Shown here: piece after piece, positions 25,590 to 35,827 of the stretch
Layout: each line of letters starts with the position of its first letter
Position numbering within the stretch: the stretch's first letter is position 1
Assembly: GCA_051889975.1 (NCBI GenBank)
Contig: JBJFDJ010000026.1
Coordinates: 1-37,892, forward strand
From: Christensenellales bacterium
GTDB taxonomy: Bacteria > Bacillota > Clostridia > Christensenellales > UBA1242
Length of the DNA: 37,892 nucleotides
Direction: 5' to 3'
Translations under genes and position numbers: made by a program
The notes under the pieces: generated by a model
What the model was told of the DNA's origin: nothing
The model's input: only the letters and a program-made list of their open reading frames with translations
The model's database searches: none

Positions 25590-26206
25590 ACTTTAATAAT
25601 TTTGCATATTTGGTCAAATGTTTCTTGAATAGATAACTCGCCATCTATGCAATGAAATGTGTTTAATTTTTTATAGAAATCAACGATATCGTTTTTTAAT
25701 TGCAAATAATCGTTGTATCGATTTGTTGCAGTTTGTTCGGTGTCATCGGTGCGCTTAACAAGTTTGTTGCCACAAGTGTTACAAAGTTTGTCTGCATTGC
25801 CACTGACAATGTGATTTTTGCCACAAGCACTGCAAACCCACCTTTGATTAACCCTTTGCAAAACTGTTTTAAGACTGACATCAATTTCTATGCAATAGTC
25901 AATTTTAACAACTTTTTGCAATTCTTTTGCTTGATTTAATGTTCGTGGAAAGCCATCAAACAATATTCCATTTTTTGTGTCATTTTTTTGCAAAAAATCT
26001 TTTAACAACTCAATGATAATATCATCTGGCACAAGTTTGCCTGCTTGCACATAACTTTCAACAATTTTGGATAACTGACTGTTTTGATTGATTATATCTC
26101 GCAGTAATTGTCCTGTTGATATGTGCAATAAGTTAAATTTTTGTGAAATATTTTTTGCTTGTGTGCCCTTTCCACTGGCAGGTCCACCCAAAAGAACGAT
26201 ATTCAT
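25586..26206 (-). CDS. adk: adenylate kinase (Zn-lid form)
   Basis: MNIVLLGGPASGKGTQ P-loop. The lid carries CSACGKNH...CNTCGNKL. Confidence 0.95.
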   Translation of the reverse strand: MNIVLLGGPASGKGTQAKNISQKFNLLHISTGQLLRDIINQNSQLSKIVESYVQAGKLVPDDIIIELLKDFLQKNDTKNGILFDGFPRTLNQAKELQKVVKIDYCIEIDVSLKTVLQRVNQRWVCSACGKNHIVSGNADKLCNTCGNKLVKRTDDTEQTATNRYNDYLQLKNDIVDFYKKLNTFHCIDGELSIQETFDQICKIIKV

Positions 26207-26210
26207 TTAA

Positions 26211-27503
26211 TTACTTTAAAAATCCTTTATAATTTTTCATTAATAGTTGCGCTTCCAAACCTTTGTTGATTTCTAACGCACAACTTACAACGATTATCAT
26301 ACCTGTTGCACTAAATGCTGAAACAAGTCCAGTATCACCTATTGCTTTGAAAACAAGTGTTGGAACAATTGTTAAGAAAGCAAGGAAGCATGCACCAAAG
26401 AATGTAATTCTTTTGTTAATTCTGTTTAGGTAATCAGCAGTAGTCTTACCTGGTCTGATGCCCGGTATGAAGCCACCATTAGATTGGATTTGTCTTGATA
26501 TATCATCTGGTTTAAAGTTCATCATACTTGTAAAGTATGCAAAACCTAAAATCAACAAGCCAACAATCACACTGTATGCCCAACTGCCTGCGCCAAGGTA
26601 TGTGTTATACCAAGTTGCAGCAGCACTGTCTGGTGCAAATATGCTAAATATAATTTGTGGGAATGACAATAAACTCATTGCAAAAATTATTGGCAACACA
26701 CCTGTTCCCATCATTTTAACAGGAATATATGTGCTTTGACCACCATATAATTTTCTTCCCCTAACTTGTTTTGCATATTGAACTGGAACTTTTCTTTCTG
26801 CTTTGTCCATCAACACAATCATAGAGAAAATGATGATGAGTGCAACAAAGAATGCAATTATACCCCATAAATCATCAATATTGCCAGAGATTGCATTTGA
26901 AATTGATGAAGCGATTGCTGTTCCTGCTGTTGACAAAATACCAATAAAGATTAACAATGAAAGTCCGTTTACAACGCCTGTGTCTGTAATTTTTTCGCCA
27001 AGCCAAAGTGTAAACATACTGCCAGCAACAAGTGTTAGCACAACAATTGCACCTGTGAGCCACTCGATGTTAAAAAACACAGAAGAATCCAAGCCACCAC
27101 TTCTTGCAAAGGCAACAACGATACCAATTGATTGTGCAGTTGCCAAAATCAAAGTTAAAATTTTTGTGTATTTGTTAAGTTTTTTGCGACCTTCTTCACC
27201 TTGTTGACTCAATCTTTCCCAACTTGGTATTGCCATACTTAAAAGTTGAACAACAATTTGAGCAGTGATGTATGGTGACACACCCAGTGCCAAAACAGCA
27301 CCATTTGCAAGCGCACCACCTGTGATGCCAGACAATAAACTTAAAAATGATTGATTGTTAACTTGGTCTTTAAAAATTGAAACACTTATGCCAGGAACTG
27401 GCAACCAACAACCAATCCTAAAAATAACAAGCAAGCCCAAAATTATAAAGATTTTTGTTCTTAATTCTTTACTTTTAAAAGCATCTTTTAAGGTTGCGAA
27501 CAT
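26211..27503 (-). CDS. secY: preprotein translocase subunit SecY
   Basis: 430 aa, 10 TM helices; ...LGVSPYITAQIVVQLL... signature. TAATG overlap with rplO. Confidence 0.96.
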   Translation of the reverse strand: MFATLKDAFKSKELRTKIFIILGLLVIFRIGCWLPVPGISVSIFKDQVNNQSFLSLLSGITGGALANGAVLALGVSPYITAQIVVQLLSMAIPSWERLSQQGEEGRKKLNKYTKILTLILATAQSIGIVVAFARSGGLDSSVFFNIEWLTGAIVVLTLVAGSMFTLWLGEKITDTGVVNGLSLLIFIGILSTAGTAIASSISNAISGNIDDLWGIIAFFVALIIIFSMIVLMDKAERKVPVQYAKQVRGRKLYGGQSTYIPVKMMGTGVLPIIFAMSLLSFPQIIFSIFAPDSAAATWYNTYLGAGSWAYSVIVGLLILGFAYFTSMMNFKPDDISRQIQSNGGFIPGIRPGKTTADYLNRINKRITFFGACFLAFLTIVPTLVFKAIGDTGLVSAFSATGMIIVVSCALEINKGLEAQLLMKNYKGFLK

Positions 27504-27946
27504 TATAACACCTCGATTGTTCCGCCTGCTTTTTTGATTTTTTCAATAGCAGATTCAGAAAATTTATTTGCTACAACATGAAGTTTTTTGTTAACTTCGC
27601 CGTTGCCAAGAACTTTTAAGCCAGCATTTTGTGCTTTTTTAACAAGTCCGTTACTAACAAGCAACTCATAATTTACTGTTGTTTCATCTTCAAATCTGTT
27701 TAAGTCTTCAACATTTATTGTTGTGTATTCTTTTCTAAATTTGTTTGTAAAACCAACTTTTGGAAGTCGTCTTAAAAGTGGCATTTGACCACCTTCAAAG
27801 CCAGGACGAACACCGCCACCACTTCTTGAGTTTTGACCTTTTTGACCTTTTCCAGAAGTTTTTCCTAATCCTGAACCTGTTCCTCTACCAACGCGTCTTT
27901 TTGCTGTTTTAGAGTAAGGAGCAGGAGTTAACTCGTTTATTTTCAT
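27503..27946 (-). CDS. rplO: 50S ribosomal protein L15
   Basis: [28 protein letters not shown]. Confidence 0.96.
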   Translation of the reverse strand: MKINELTPAPYSKTAKRRVGRGTGSGLGKTSGKGQKGQNSRSGGGVRPGFEGGQMPLLRRLPKVGFTNKFRKEYTTINVEDLNRFEDETTVNYELLVSNGLVKKAQNAGLKVLGNGEVNKKLHVVANKFSESAIEKIKKAGGTIEVL

Positions 27947-27959
27947 AACTTATTTGCTC

Positions 27960-28151
27960 CTATATATTTTCTACACTTACAAGGTGTTTAACTTTGAAAA
28001 CCATACCACGAACGGCTTCATTATCAGGCAAAATGTTTGTGTCGTTAAGTTTTCTAAGACCTAAACTTTCCAAAACTTTTGCTTGATTTTTGTTATAGCC
28101 AATACAACTTTTTGTGTAGGTAACTTTAATTTGTTTAATTTTTTTTGCCAT
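27960..28151 (-). CDS. rpmD: 50S ribosomal protein L30
   Basis: 63 aa; IKVTYTKSCIGYNKNQAKVLESLGLRK. Confidence 0.93.
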   Translation of the reverse strand: MAKKIKQIKVTYTKSCIGYNKNQAKVLESLGLRKLNDTNILPDNEAVRGMVFKVKHLVSVENI

Positions 28152-28165
28152 CTTAAACTACCTTC

Positions 28166-28726
28166 CTATATTTCTTCAACTGCTTTTCCTCTAAGTGCAG
28201 CAACTTGTTCTCTTGTTTTTAAAGAAAGAAGTCCGTTAAATGTTGCATTTACAACATTAATTTTGTTTCTTGAACCATGAGATTTAGAAACAATGTTTTT
28301 GTAACCAGCAAGTTCTGCAATAGCACGAACTGGGCCACCTGCAAGGATACCTGTTCCTTCTGGTGCTGGCATCAACAAAACTTGACTTTTGCCAAATCTG
28401 CCAATGATTTCGTGTGGGATTGTTCCATCAACAACAGCAACAGATACCATGTGTTTTTTTGCGTTTTGAAAAGCCTTGTCGGTTGCAGCAGTAACATCGT
28501 TTGCCTTGCCTTGACCCATGCCAACTTTTCCCTTGTGGTCACCAACAACCATTGTAACGCTAAAACTCATTGTTTTACCGCCCTTAACAACCTTGGTAAC
28601 TCTGCGAACGCATATAGTTTTTTTGTCTATATCAGAATCTTCTCTTTTAACAAATTTTTTGTTTTTAAAATCTTTTGATTTTTTAAATTTGTCATCTTTT
28701 TTAAATTCTTTTTCGTTTTCAGCCAT
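28166..28726 (-). CDS. rpsE: 30S ribosomal protein S5 (Lys-rich N-terminal extension)
   Basis: VRRVTKVVKGGKTMSFSVTMVVGDHKGKVGMGQGKANDV core, preceded by about 35 aa of K/D/E-rich sequence. Confidence 0.95.
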   Translation of the reverse strand: MAENEKEFKKDDKFKKSKDFKNKKFVKREDSDIDKKTICVRRVTKVVKGGKTMSFSVTMVVGDHKGKVGMGQGKANDVTAATDKAFQNAKKHMVSVAVVDGTIPHEIIGRFGKSQVLLMPAPEGTGILAGGPVRAIAELAGYKNIVSKSHGSRNKINVVNATFNGLLSLKTREQVAALRGKAVEEI

Positions 28727-28735
28727 TATTTCCTC

Positions 28736-29104
28736 CTAAAACTCCAAGCCAGCATCTCTTGCGCTGTCGGCAAGTGCTTTAACTCTGCCTATGTAAAGAT
28801 AGCCACCTCTATCAAATACAACTGATTTTAAATTGTTGCTGATTGCTCTTTTTGCAAGAACTTCGCCAACAATTTGTGCTTGTTCTGTTTTTGTTTTTCC
28901 AGCAAGTAATGGTTTAACTTCCTTATCAAGTGTGCTGCTACTTACTAGTGTTACACCCTTTTCATCGTCAATAAGTTGAGCGTATATTTCGCTTGTGCTA
29001 CGATATACGCTTAATCTTGGGCGCAAAGAAGTTCCACTAATTTTGTTTCTTATTCTTTCATGACGTTTTGTTCTAACATCATTTTTGTTTGTTTTTTTAA
29101 TCAT
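28736..29104 (-). CDS. rplR: 50S ribosomal protein L18
   Basis: [34 protein letters not shown]. Confidence 0.95.
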   Translation of the reverse strand: MIKKTNKNDVRTKRHERIRNKISGTSLRPRLSVYRSTSEIYAQLIDDEKGVTLVSSSTLDKEVKPLLAGKTKTEQAQIVGEVLAKRAISNNLKSVVFDRGGYLYIGRVKALADSARDAGLEF

Positions 29105-29123
29105 TTCTTCTTAACCCCCTATC

Positions 29124-29672
29124 TTATTTTTTAGAACCTGCTTTTTTACCTTCTTTCTTTACAAGTTTTTCATCACTGTAATAAATACCGTAAAGATGAT
29201 AAGGTTCAACTGGTCTTAATCCTCTAATTTTTGCTGCAGTTTCGCCAACCAACTCTTTGCTGATACCAGAAACTTCAATTGTGCTTGCATCTAAAATTTT
29301 AAATGTGATGCCTTCTGGTGCAACAACATCAATTGGATGAGAATATCCAAGGTTTAAAGTAAGTTTGTTGCCTTGAAGAACTGCCTTGTAACCAATGCCA
29401 TGAATAACAAGGTTCTTTTTGTAACCAGCAGTTACACCTGTTATCATGTTAGCAATGAGCGCTCTATACAAACCATGCATTGCTCTTTCTTCATTGTCGT
29501 CACTGTTACGAGTAACAACAACTTGATTGTTTTCTAATTTAACATTTATTTTTTTATTAACTTGTTGTGTTAATACGCCTAATGGACCACTAACAGTGAT
29601 TAAGTTATCATTTGAAACTTCAACTTTAACACCTGCTGGCACATCTATAGGCATTCTACCAATTCTACTCAT
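29124..29672 (-). CDS. rplF: 50S ribosomal protein L6
   Basis: MSRIGRMPIDVPAGVKVEV...; 182 aa. Confidence 0.95.
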   Translation of the reverse strand: MSRIGRMPIDVPAGVKVEVSNDNLITVSGPLGVLTQQVNKKINVKLENNQVVVTRNSDDNEERAMHGLYRALIANMITGVTAGYKKNLVIHGIGYKAVLQGNKLTLNLGYSHPIDVVAPEGITFKILDASTIEVSGISKELVGETAAKIRGLRPVEPYHLYGIYYSDEKLVKKEGKKAGSKK

Positions 29673-29691
29673 TATATATTCCCCCTATAAA

Positions 29692-30087
29692 TTACCAAAC
29701 ATAAGCGATAACTTCGCCACCAAGTTTAGCGTTTCTAGCTTCTTTATCTGTCATTATACCTTTGCTTGTTGATATGATTGCAATGCCAAGACCATTAAGA
29801 ACTTTTGGTAAATCTTGAACACCACAATAAACTCTTAAGCCAGGTTTTGAAATTCTTTTTAAACCGCTGATAACTTTTTGATTGTTAGCACCGTATTTAA
29901 GAACGATTTTAATAAATTTGTTAACGCCTTCACCTTCATATTCGGCACTTGCAACATAGCCTTCTGATACCAAAAGGTCTGCAATTGCTTTTTTAATTTG
30001 AGATGCAGGAACTTCAACATAACTATGTTTAACTGTTAACGCATTTCTAATTCTTGTTAACATATCTGCAATTGGGTCAAATTTCAT
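29692..30087 (-). CDS. rpsH: 30S ribosomal protein S8
   Basis: [13 protein letters not shown]...GGEVIAYVW. Confidence 0.96.
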   Translation of the reverse strand: MKFDPIADMLTRIRNALTVKHSYVEVPASQIKKAIADLLVSEGYVASAEYEGEGVNKFIKIVLKYGANNQKVISGLKRISKPGLRVYCGVQDLPKVLNGLGIAIISTSKGIMTDKEARNAKLGGEVIAYVW

Positions 30088-30104
30088 AAATTACCTACCT
30101 CCTA

Positions 30105-30290
30105 TTACCAACTTGCCTTTTTTACGCCTGGGATTTCGCCCTTGTGAGCCATTTCCCTAAAACATACTCTGCAAATACCATATTTTTTTAATACAGCATG
30201 AGGTCTTCCACAAATAGAGCAACGAGTGTATTCTCTTGTAGAAAACTTTTGCTTTGATTGTTGTTTGTTTATCAATGCTTTTCTTGCCAT
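30105..30290 (-). CDS. rpsN: 30S ribosomal protein S14, type Z (zinc-binding, 61 aa)
   Basis: [23 protein letters not shown]. Confidence 0.95.
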   Translation of the reverse strand: MARKALINKQQSKQKFSTREYTRCSICGRPHAVLKKYGICRVCFREMAHKGEIPGVKKASW

Positions 30291-30301
30291 TTTCTATCTC
30301 C

Positions 30302-30856
30302 TTACTCTGCAAATGGGAATCCAACTTCTTTTAAAAGTTGAAGTGCCTCTGCGTCATTTTTTGCTGTTGTAACAATTACAACATCTAATCCTCTGATTTT
30401 TTCAATTTTATCAAAAGAAATTTCTGGGAAAATTAAATGTTCTTTAATTCCCAAAGCATAATTGCCTCTGCCATCAAAACTCTTTTTGCTTATACCTCTA
30501 AAGTCACGAACTCTAGGAAGTGCAACAGAGATTAATTTGTCAAGGAAATCATACATTTTGTTGCCACGAAGTGTAACCTTTGCGCCAATTGTTTGACCAG
30601 CACGAAGTTTAAAGTTTGAAATTGATTTTTTGCTCTTTGTAACAATTGCTTTTTGACCAGCAATTAAACCAAGTTCGTTAACAGCAAGGTTTAAACTTTT
30701 TGAGTTATCTTTAACATCGCCAAGACCCATGTTTAAAACAACTTTTTCAATTTTTGGGCATTCATTGACGTTTTTGTAGCCATTTGCTTTCATTAAAGCA
30801 GGAACAACTTGTTCTGCATAAAACTTTTTAAGTCTGCTTTCGTATTTATCTGCCAT
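30302..30856 (-). CDS. rplE: 50S ribosomal protein L5
   Basis: [15 protein letters not shown]...[14 protein letters not shown]. Confidence 0.96.
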   Translation of the reverse strand: MADKYESRLKKFYAEQVVPALMKANGYKNVNECPKIEKVVLNMGLGDVKDNSKSLNLAVNELGLIAGQKAIVTKSKKSISNFKLRAGQTIGAKVTLRGNKMYDFLDKLISVALPRVRDFRGISKKSFDGRGNYALGIKEHLIFPEISFDKIEKIRGLDVVIVTTAKNDAEALQLLKEVGFPFAE

Positions 30857-30870
30857 TTAAACCTTCCCCC

Positions 30871-31341
30871 TTACTTTGCTTCTTTTGTAGATTTTTTTGT
30901 TGATTTTTTTTCATCTACAGTTTTGCTAGATTTTTTTGTTGATTTTTTTGTTGTCTTTACGGCTGGTTCTTCTTTTGGAGCCTTTGTAGATTTGCTTGCC
31001 TTTTTAACTTCTTTAACAAATTCTTTGTCAAGACTTGCATTGCATTTTTTGCAAACTCTAACTTTTTTGCCGTCAACAACTGCGTGACCAACTCTTGTTG
31101 CTTTGCCACAAACTGGGCAAACAACCATAACGTTTGAAGCATCAATGCCTGCTTCTTTTTTAATTATTTCGCTTTTTTCTTGAGCAGTTCTTGCTTTTTT
31201 GCATTTGCTTACAACATTAACGCCTTCAACCAAAACTCTGTTTTTGCTTGGGTTAACAGCAAGCACTTTTGCTCTTTTATCTTTATCTTTTCCGGCAATA
31301 ACTAAAACTGTATCGCCTTTTTTAACACTAAGTTTACTCAT
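30871..31341 (-). CDS. rplX: 50S ribosomal protein L24 (C4 zinc-ribbon form with ~50-aa Lys-rich C-terminal tail)
   Basis: KKGDTVLVIAGKDKDKRAKVLAV KOW core. CPVC...CKKC at nt 31042-31119. The tail KKASKSTKAPKEEPAVKTTKKSTKKSSKTVDEKKSTKKSTKEAK is at nt 30874-31029. Confidence 0.93.
   Translation of the reverse strand: MSKLSVKKGDTVLVIAGKDKDKRAKVLAVNPSKNRVLVEGVNVVSKCKKARTAQEKSEIIKKEAGIDASNVMVVCPVCGKATRVGHAVVDGKKVRVCKKCNASLDKEFVKEVKKASKSTKAPKEEPAVKTTKKSTKKSSKTVDEKKSTKKSTKEAK
30888..30949. repeat. 23-bp perfect direct repeat inside the rplX tail
   Basis: TAGATTTTTTTGTTGATTTTTTT occurs at 30888-30910 and 30927-30949 (39-bp period, in frame). It encodes the repeated KKSTKKS units. Confidence 0.85.
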
Positions 31342-31355
31342 TAGTTATTACCTCC

Positions 31356-31724
31356 TTATAAAACTTCTGGTGCTAGTGAAACGATTTTCATAAAACCTTT
31401 TTCTCTAAGTTCTCTAGCAACAGGTCCAAAAATTCTTGTTCCTTTTGGTTCATTGTTGTTATCAATGATAACAGCTGCATTGTCGTCAAACTTTATGTGA
31501 GAACCATCTGGTCTTTGAACACCTTTGTGAGTTCTTACAATAACTGCTTTAACAACATCGCCTTTTTTAACAACACCACCTGGGATAGCACTTTTAACGC
31601 TTGCAACTATGATGTCACCAATGTTGCCACTTTTTCTAAAAGAACCACCGCGAACTTTGATACACATAATTTCTTTTGCACCAGTGTTGTCTGCAACTTT
31701 TAATCTTGTAAATGGTTGTACCAT
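31356..31724 (-). CDS. rplN: 50S ribosomal protein L14
   Basis: [18 protein letters not shown]...; 122 aa. Confidence 0.96.
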   Translation of the reverse strand: MVQPFTRLKVADNTGAKEIMCIKVRGGSFRKSGNIGDIIVASVKSAIPGGVVKKGDVVKAVIVRTHKGVQRPDGSHIKFDDNAAVIIDNNNEPKGTRIFGPVARELREKGFMKIVSLAPEVL

Positions 31725-31735
31725 AATTTATCTCC

Positions 31736-31993
31736 TTATTTTGCCCTTTCAATTATTCTGCTAAGTCTGTGATACTTATCTTTGCTAAGTGGTCTTGTTT
31801 CCATAATTTCAACAGTATCTCCAACCTTGCATTCATTGTTTTCGTCATGAACTTTGTAAACTTTTGTTCTCTTTACAAACTTCTTATAAAGAGGGTGTTT
31901 AACATTTGTAACAACAGAAACAGAAATTGTTTTATCCATCTTGTCACTTACAACAACACCAATTCTTGTTCTTCTATCATTTCTTTCTTCCAT
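31736..31993 (-). CDS. rpsQ: 30S ribosomal protein S17
   Basis: [16 protein letters not shown]...[23 protein letters not shown]. Confidence 0.95.
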   Translation of the reverse strand: MEERNDRRTRIGVVVSDKMDKTISVSVVTNVKHPLYKKFVKRTKVYKVHDENNECKVGDTVEIMETRPLSKDKYHRLSRIIERAK

Positions 31994-32004
31994 ATGAATG
32001 CTCC

Positions 32005-32208
32005 TTACTTAGTTTGTGCGCCAATTTCGCGCTCTCTTAAAATAGTTTTGATTTTGGCAATGTCTTTTTTTGTTGTGTTTAACGCCATAGCATTTTTAAG
32101 TCCGCCAGTTGCGTGAGAAAAACGAAGATTGAAAAGTTCAACTTTTAAAGATTTTAACTTTTCGTTAAGTTCTTCATTTGTCATTTGTCTAAGTTCATTA
32201 GTTTTCAT
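32005..32208 (-). CDS. rpmC: 50S ribosomal protein L29
   Basis: [26 protein letters not shown]. Confidence 0.93.
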   Translation of the reverse strand: MKTNELRQMTNEELNEKLKSLKVELFNLRFSHATGGLKNAMALNTTKKDIAKIKTILREREIGAQTK

Positions 32209-32651
32209 TATTCATTACCACCTTTTTCAGTAGTTTCTTCTTGCATTGCTCTTGTTATAAACTTTGTTTTGATAGGAAGTTTTGCAGAAGCAAGTCTAAG
32301 TGCTTCACGAGCAACGGCTTCACTAACGCCTTGCATTTCAAACATTACTCTGCCTGGCTTAACAACAGCAGCCCAATATTCAATTGCGCCCTTACCAGAA
32401 CCCATACGTTTTCCGATAGGTTGTTGTGTGATTGGCTTGTCTGGGAAGATATCTATCCAAACTTTACCACCACGTTTGATAAATCTTGTCATTGCAATAC
32501 GAGCAGCTTCAATTTGATTTGAAGAAATCCAAGCTGGTTCCAAAGCAACCAAACCATAATCGCCATAAGCAAGTTTGTTGCCACGGGTAGCTTTACCTTT
32601 CATTCTGCCACGATGTTGCATTCTTCTTTTTACTCTTTTAGGCATTAACAT
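32208..32651 (-). CDS. rplP: 50S ribosomal protein L16
   Basis: [19 protein letters not shown]... Confidence 0.96.
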   Translation of the reverse strand: MLMPKRVKRRMQHRGRMKGKATRGNKLAYGDYGLVALEPAWISSNQIEAARIAMTRFIKRGGKVWIDIFPDKPITQQPIGKRMGSGKGAIEYWAAVVKPGRVMFEMQGVSEAVAREALRLASAKLPIKTKFITRAMQEETTEKGGNE

Positions 32652-33312
32652 CAGAGTTTACCTCCTCTTTTGCAGATTTCTTTGCAATGATGTCGCCATT
32701 GTAAATCCATACTTTAACACCAATTGCACCAAAAGTTGTGTGTGCAGTTGCAACACCATAATCGATGTCTGCTCTTAGTGTTTGAAGTGGCAATGAACCT
32801 TCAATGTAGTGTTCACTTCTTGCAATTTCAGCACCATTAAGTCTTCCACTAACCATAACTTTGATACCTTTTGCACCTGCTTTCATAGTTTTTTGAATTG
32901 CCATTTTGCAAGCTCTTTTAAATGCAACTCTCTTTTCAAGTTGCAAAGCAATTGATTGAGCAACAAGTGTGCTATCAACATCTGGTCTTTTAACTTCTTT
33001 AATATTTATTGTGATATCTTTTGCATCTGATATCTTTGTAATTTGCTTTTTAATAACATCTATTTCAGCGCCTTTAACACCAATAAGCATACCTGGCTTT
33101 GAAGCATAGATGTTAACTGTTAATCTTCTGTCTGTTCTGTCAATGACAACTTTTGAAATGCCACATTGAGAATATTTCTCATTGATAACGCGTCTTATTT
33201 TGTTATCTTCTAAGAGATATTTTGCAAATGTTTTTTTGTCAGCAAACCATTGACTAGACCAATCTTTATTAACACCAATTCTAAATCCATTTGGATTAAC
33301 TTTTTGTCCCAT
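32638..33312 (-). CDS. rpsC: 30S ribosomal protein S3
   Basis: [13 protein letters not shown]... The ORF track starts two codons earlier at TTG 33318; the conserved MGQKVNP start (ATG 33312) is preferred. Confidence 0.95.
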   Translation of the reverse strand: MGQKVNPNGFRIGVNKDWSSQWFADKKTFAKYLLEDNKIRRVINEKYSQCGISKVVIDRTDRRLTVNIYASKPGMLIGVKGAEIDVIKKQITKISDAKDITINIKEVKRPDVDSTLVAQSIALQLEKRVAFKRACKMAIQKTMKAGAKGIKVMVSGRLNGAEIARSEHYIEGSLPLQTLRADIDYGVATAHTTFGAIGVKVWIYNGDIIAKKSAKEEVNSDVNA

Positions 33313-33331
33313 TATCAAATAACTCCTTTAA

Positions 33332-33718
33332 TTACTTAGCAGTGTCTAAAACAACTGTAATATGTGTTGTTCTTTTTAAAATTCTTACGCCACGACCTTT
33401 GGCTCTTGGCATCATTCTTTTAAGAATTGGGCCGTCACCTGTAAAGCATTCTGCAACATATAAGTCGTCTTTGTTTAAACCAAGATTGTGTTCTGCGTTT
33501 GCAGCAGCACTGTTTAAAACTTTTTTAACAACTTCACTGCTTGAGTGTGGAGTAATTTCTAATATAGCAAGTGCTTGTGCATATTTTTTGCCACGGATTA
33601 AATCAAGCACTCTTGTTACTTTGCTAGAACTCATTCTAACATAACTTGCAGTTGCGTGAGGTCTCATATCACGATTAGCAAGTCTGTTTTCTTTTTTCTC
33701 TCTCATTCTTTTTGCCAT
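33332..33718 (-). CDS. rplV: 50S ribosomal protein L22 (short basic N-terminal extension)
   Basis: [21 protein letters not shown]...HITVVL. Confidence 0.95.
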   Translation of the reverse strand: MAKRMREKKENRLANRDMRPHATASYVRMSSSKVTRVLDLIRGKKYAQALAILEITPHSSSEVVKKVLNSAAANAEHNLGLNKDDLYVAECFTGDGPILKRMMPRAKGRGVRILKRTTHITVVLDTAK

Positions 33719-33732
33719 CTTACTCTACCTCT

Positions 33733-34023
33733 CTATTTGTTTCCCTTTGCATTTGCTGTTTTTGTAACACTGATGTGGCCTTTAAATGTTCTTGTAGGTG
33801 CAAATTCACCAAGTTTGTGACCAACCATATCTGCTGTGCAATATACAGGGATATGTTTTCTGCCGTTGTGAACAGCGATTGTGTGACCAACAAATTCTGG
33901 GTAAATTGTTGAACTACGGCTCCAAGTTTTGATAACTTTCTTTTCGCCATTTTCGTTCATTTTTAATATTCTTTGTTTCAACCTTTCTTCAACATAAGGT
34001 TTTTTCTTTAATGATCTACTCAT
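33733..34023 (-). CDS. rpsS: 30S ribosomal protein S19
   Basis: [11 protein letters not shown]...[10 protein letters not shown]...[16 protein letters not shown]. Confidence 0.96.
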   Translation of the reverse strand: MSRSLKKKPYVEERLKQRILKMNENGEKKVIKTWSRSSTIYPEFVGHTIAVHNGRKHIPVYCTADMVGHKLGEFAPTRTFKGHISVTKTANAKGNK

Positions 34024-34040
34024 TTCTCTATCCCCTTTTA

Positions 34041-34868
34041 TTACTTAGCTCGTTTAATTATAAACTTTGAAGAATTTTTCTTTGTATTTCTTGTCTTGTA
34101 TCCAAGTGCTGGTTTGCCCCAAGGTGTCATTGGACCTGCATGACCAACTGGGTTTTTACCTTCACCACCACCATGAGGGTGATCGCAAGGGTTCATAACT
34201 GCACCACGAACTGTTGGTCTAACACCCATGTGTCTTTTGCGACCAGCTTTGCCAAGACAAACAATTTCGTGATCAAGATTGCCAACTTGACCAACTGTTG
34301 CACGACATTTAAGGTCAACAGTTCTCATTTCGCCACTAGGAAGACGAAGTGTTGCTCTGCCATTTTCTTTTGCCATAAGCATTGCTTTGTTGCCGGCACT
34401 TCTTGCCATTTCGCCACCTTTGTGTGGTTCAAGTTCAATATTGTGAATTGTGATACCAACTGGCATATTTTCAAGTGGCAAGCAGTTACCAACACTGATT
34501 TCTGCATCTGGGCCACTCATAACTTTTGCACCAACATTCAAGCCTTCTGGTGCCAAGATGTATCTCTTTTCACCGTCAGCATAGTTTAAAAGTGCAATGT
34601 AAGCTGAACGATTTGGGTCGTATTCGATGCTAACTACTGTTGCAGGAATACCATCTTTTGTTCTTTTAAAATCTATAACTCTGTATTTTTGTCTATTTCC
34701 ACCACCGATATGACGAACAGTTATTCTGCCATAAGAGTTTCTGCCACCAGTCTTTTTAACAGGTTTAAGCAAACTTTTTTCTGGTGCTTTTTTAGTTAAA
34801 ACTGAGTAATCTGCAGTTGTTAAACTTCTCATTGATGGTGTTATAGGTCTTTTACTAATAATTGCCAT
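34041..34868 (-). CDS. rplB: 50S ribosomal protein L2
   Basis: [15 protein letters not shown]...[14 protein letters not shown]. Confidence 0.97.
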   Translation of the reverse strand: MAIISKRPITPSMRSLTTADYSVLTKKAPEKSLLKPVKKTGGRNSYGRITVRHIGGGNRQKYRVIDFKRTKDGIPATVVSIEYDPNRSAYIALLNYADGEKRYILAPEGLNVGAKVMSGPDAEISVGNCLPLENMPVGITIHNIELEPHKGGEMARSAGNKAMLMAKENGRATLRLPSGEMRTVDLKCRATVGQVGNLDHEIVCLGKAGRKRHMGVRPTVRGAVMNPCDHPHGGGEGKNPVGHAGPMTPWGKPALGYKTRNTKKNSSKFIIKRAK

Positions 34869-34884
34869 TATTTCTGCCTCCTAA

Positions 34885-35181
34885 TTATGATAGACTGTCA
34901 AAGAATTCAATTGATTTGCTGTCTGCTGTAAGAGTAACATAAGCTTTTTTGTAACTTGCAGTAAAGCCGTGAGTTCTTCCTCTATCTTGTGATTTTTCTT
35001 TTCCAGAAACATTTGTTGTGTTAACTTTGGCTACTGTAACACCAAAAATGCTTTCAACTGCTTTTTTGATTTCTGGTTTTGTTGCATCTTTTGCTACAAC
35101 AAAAGTATATTTTTTGTTAGCAATGTCGGCATAACTTTTTTCTGTTAAAACAGGTCTTATAATTACATCATATTGTTTCAT
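34885..35181 (-). CDS. rplW: 50S ribosomal protein L23
   Basis: YDVIIRPVLTEKS...; 98 aa. Confidence 0.95.
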   Translation of the reverse strand: MKQYDVIIRPVLTEKSYADIANKKYTFVVAKDATKPEIKKAVESIFGVTVAKVNTTNVSGKEKSQDRGRTHGFTASYKKAYVTLTADSKSIEFFDSLS

Positions 35182-35807
35182 TATTTTACGTAAGCCTCCT
35201 CTATTGCCTTAACTGCATCTTTAGTAGCAACAACATTTGTGCTTGCAACAACTTCATATGTATTTGCAAGTTTTGCGTCAACAACTAAAAGATTTTGAAT
35301 GTTTGCGCTTGCTCTGAGCAAGTCGTCGTTCTTACCACTTACGATAAGAAGTGTTGGTTTGTCAAACTTAAATGCATCAAGTATTGCTTGAACATTTTTT
35401 GTTTTTGGACTTTCAAGTGTAACTTCGTCCACAACTGTAAATTCATTTTGAGCAAGTTTTTTGCTTAAAGCACTTGCAAATGCAACTTTTTTTGCTTTTG
35501 CGTTAACTTTTAAACTAAAGTCTCTTGGCTTTGGAGCAAATGCCACACCACCACCTGTAAATTGTGGTGCTTTTGTGTCGCCGTGACGAGCTCTACCTGT
35601 GTGTTTTTGAGCCCAAGGTTTTTTGTGGTGACCCCTAACTTCTGTTCTTGTTAGAGTACTCTTGTTGCCTTGGCGTTGATTTGCGAGATATGCTACAACA
35701 ACATCATGAATGAGTGCTTCTTTGTATTCTGCGCCAAACACTTCATCTTTGAGAGTCATAGTTCCGCAAGCTTCTGCTTTTATATTATAAACTTTAACTT
35801 TTGGCAT
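35181..35807 (-). CDS. rplD: 50S ribosomal protein L4
   Basis: ...RQGNKSTLTRTEVRGHHKKPWAQKHTGRARHG... Confidence 0.96.
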   Translation of the reverse strand: MPKVKVYNIKAEACGTMTLKDEVFGAEYKEALIHDVVVAYLANQRQGNKSTLTRTEVRGHHKKPWAQKHTGRARHGDTKAPQFTGGGVAFAPKPRDFSLKVNAKAKKVAFASALSKKLAQNEFTVVDEVTLESPKTKNVQAILDAFKFDKPTLLIVSGKNDDLLRASANIQNLLVVDAKLANTYEVVASTNVVATKDAVKAIEEAYVK

Positions 35808-35827
35808 AATTTGTAACTCCTTTTTTC

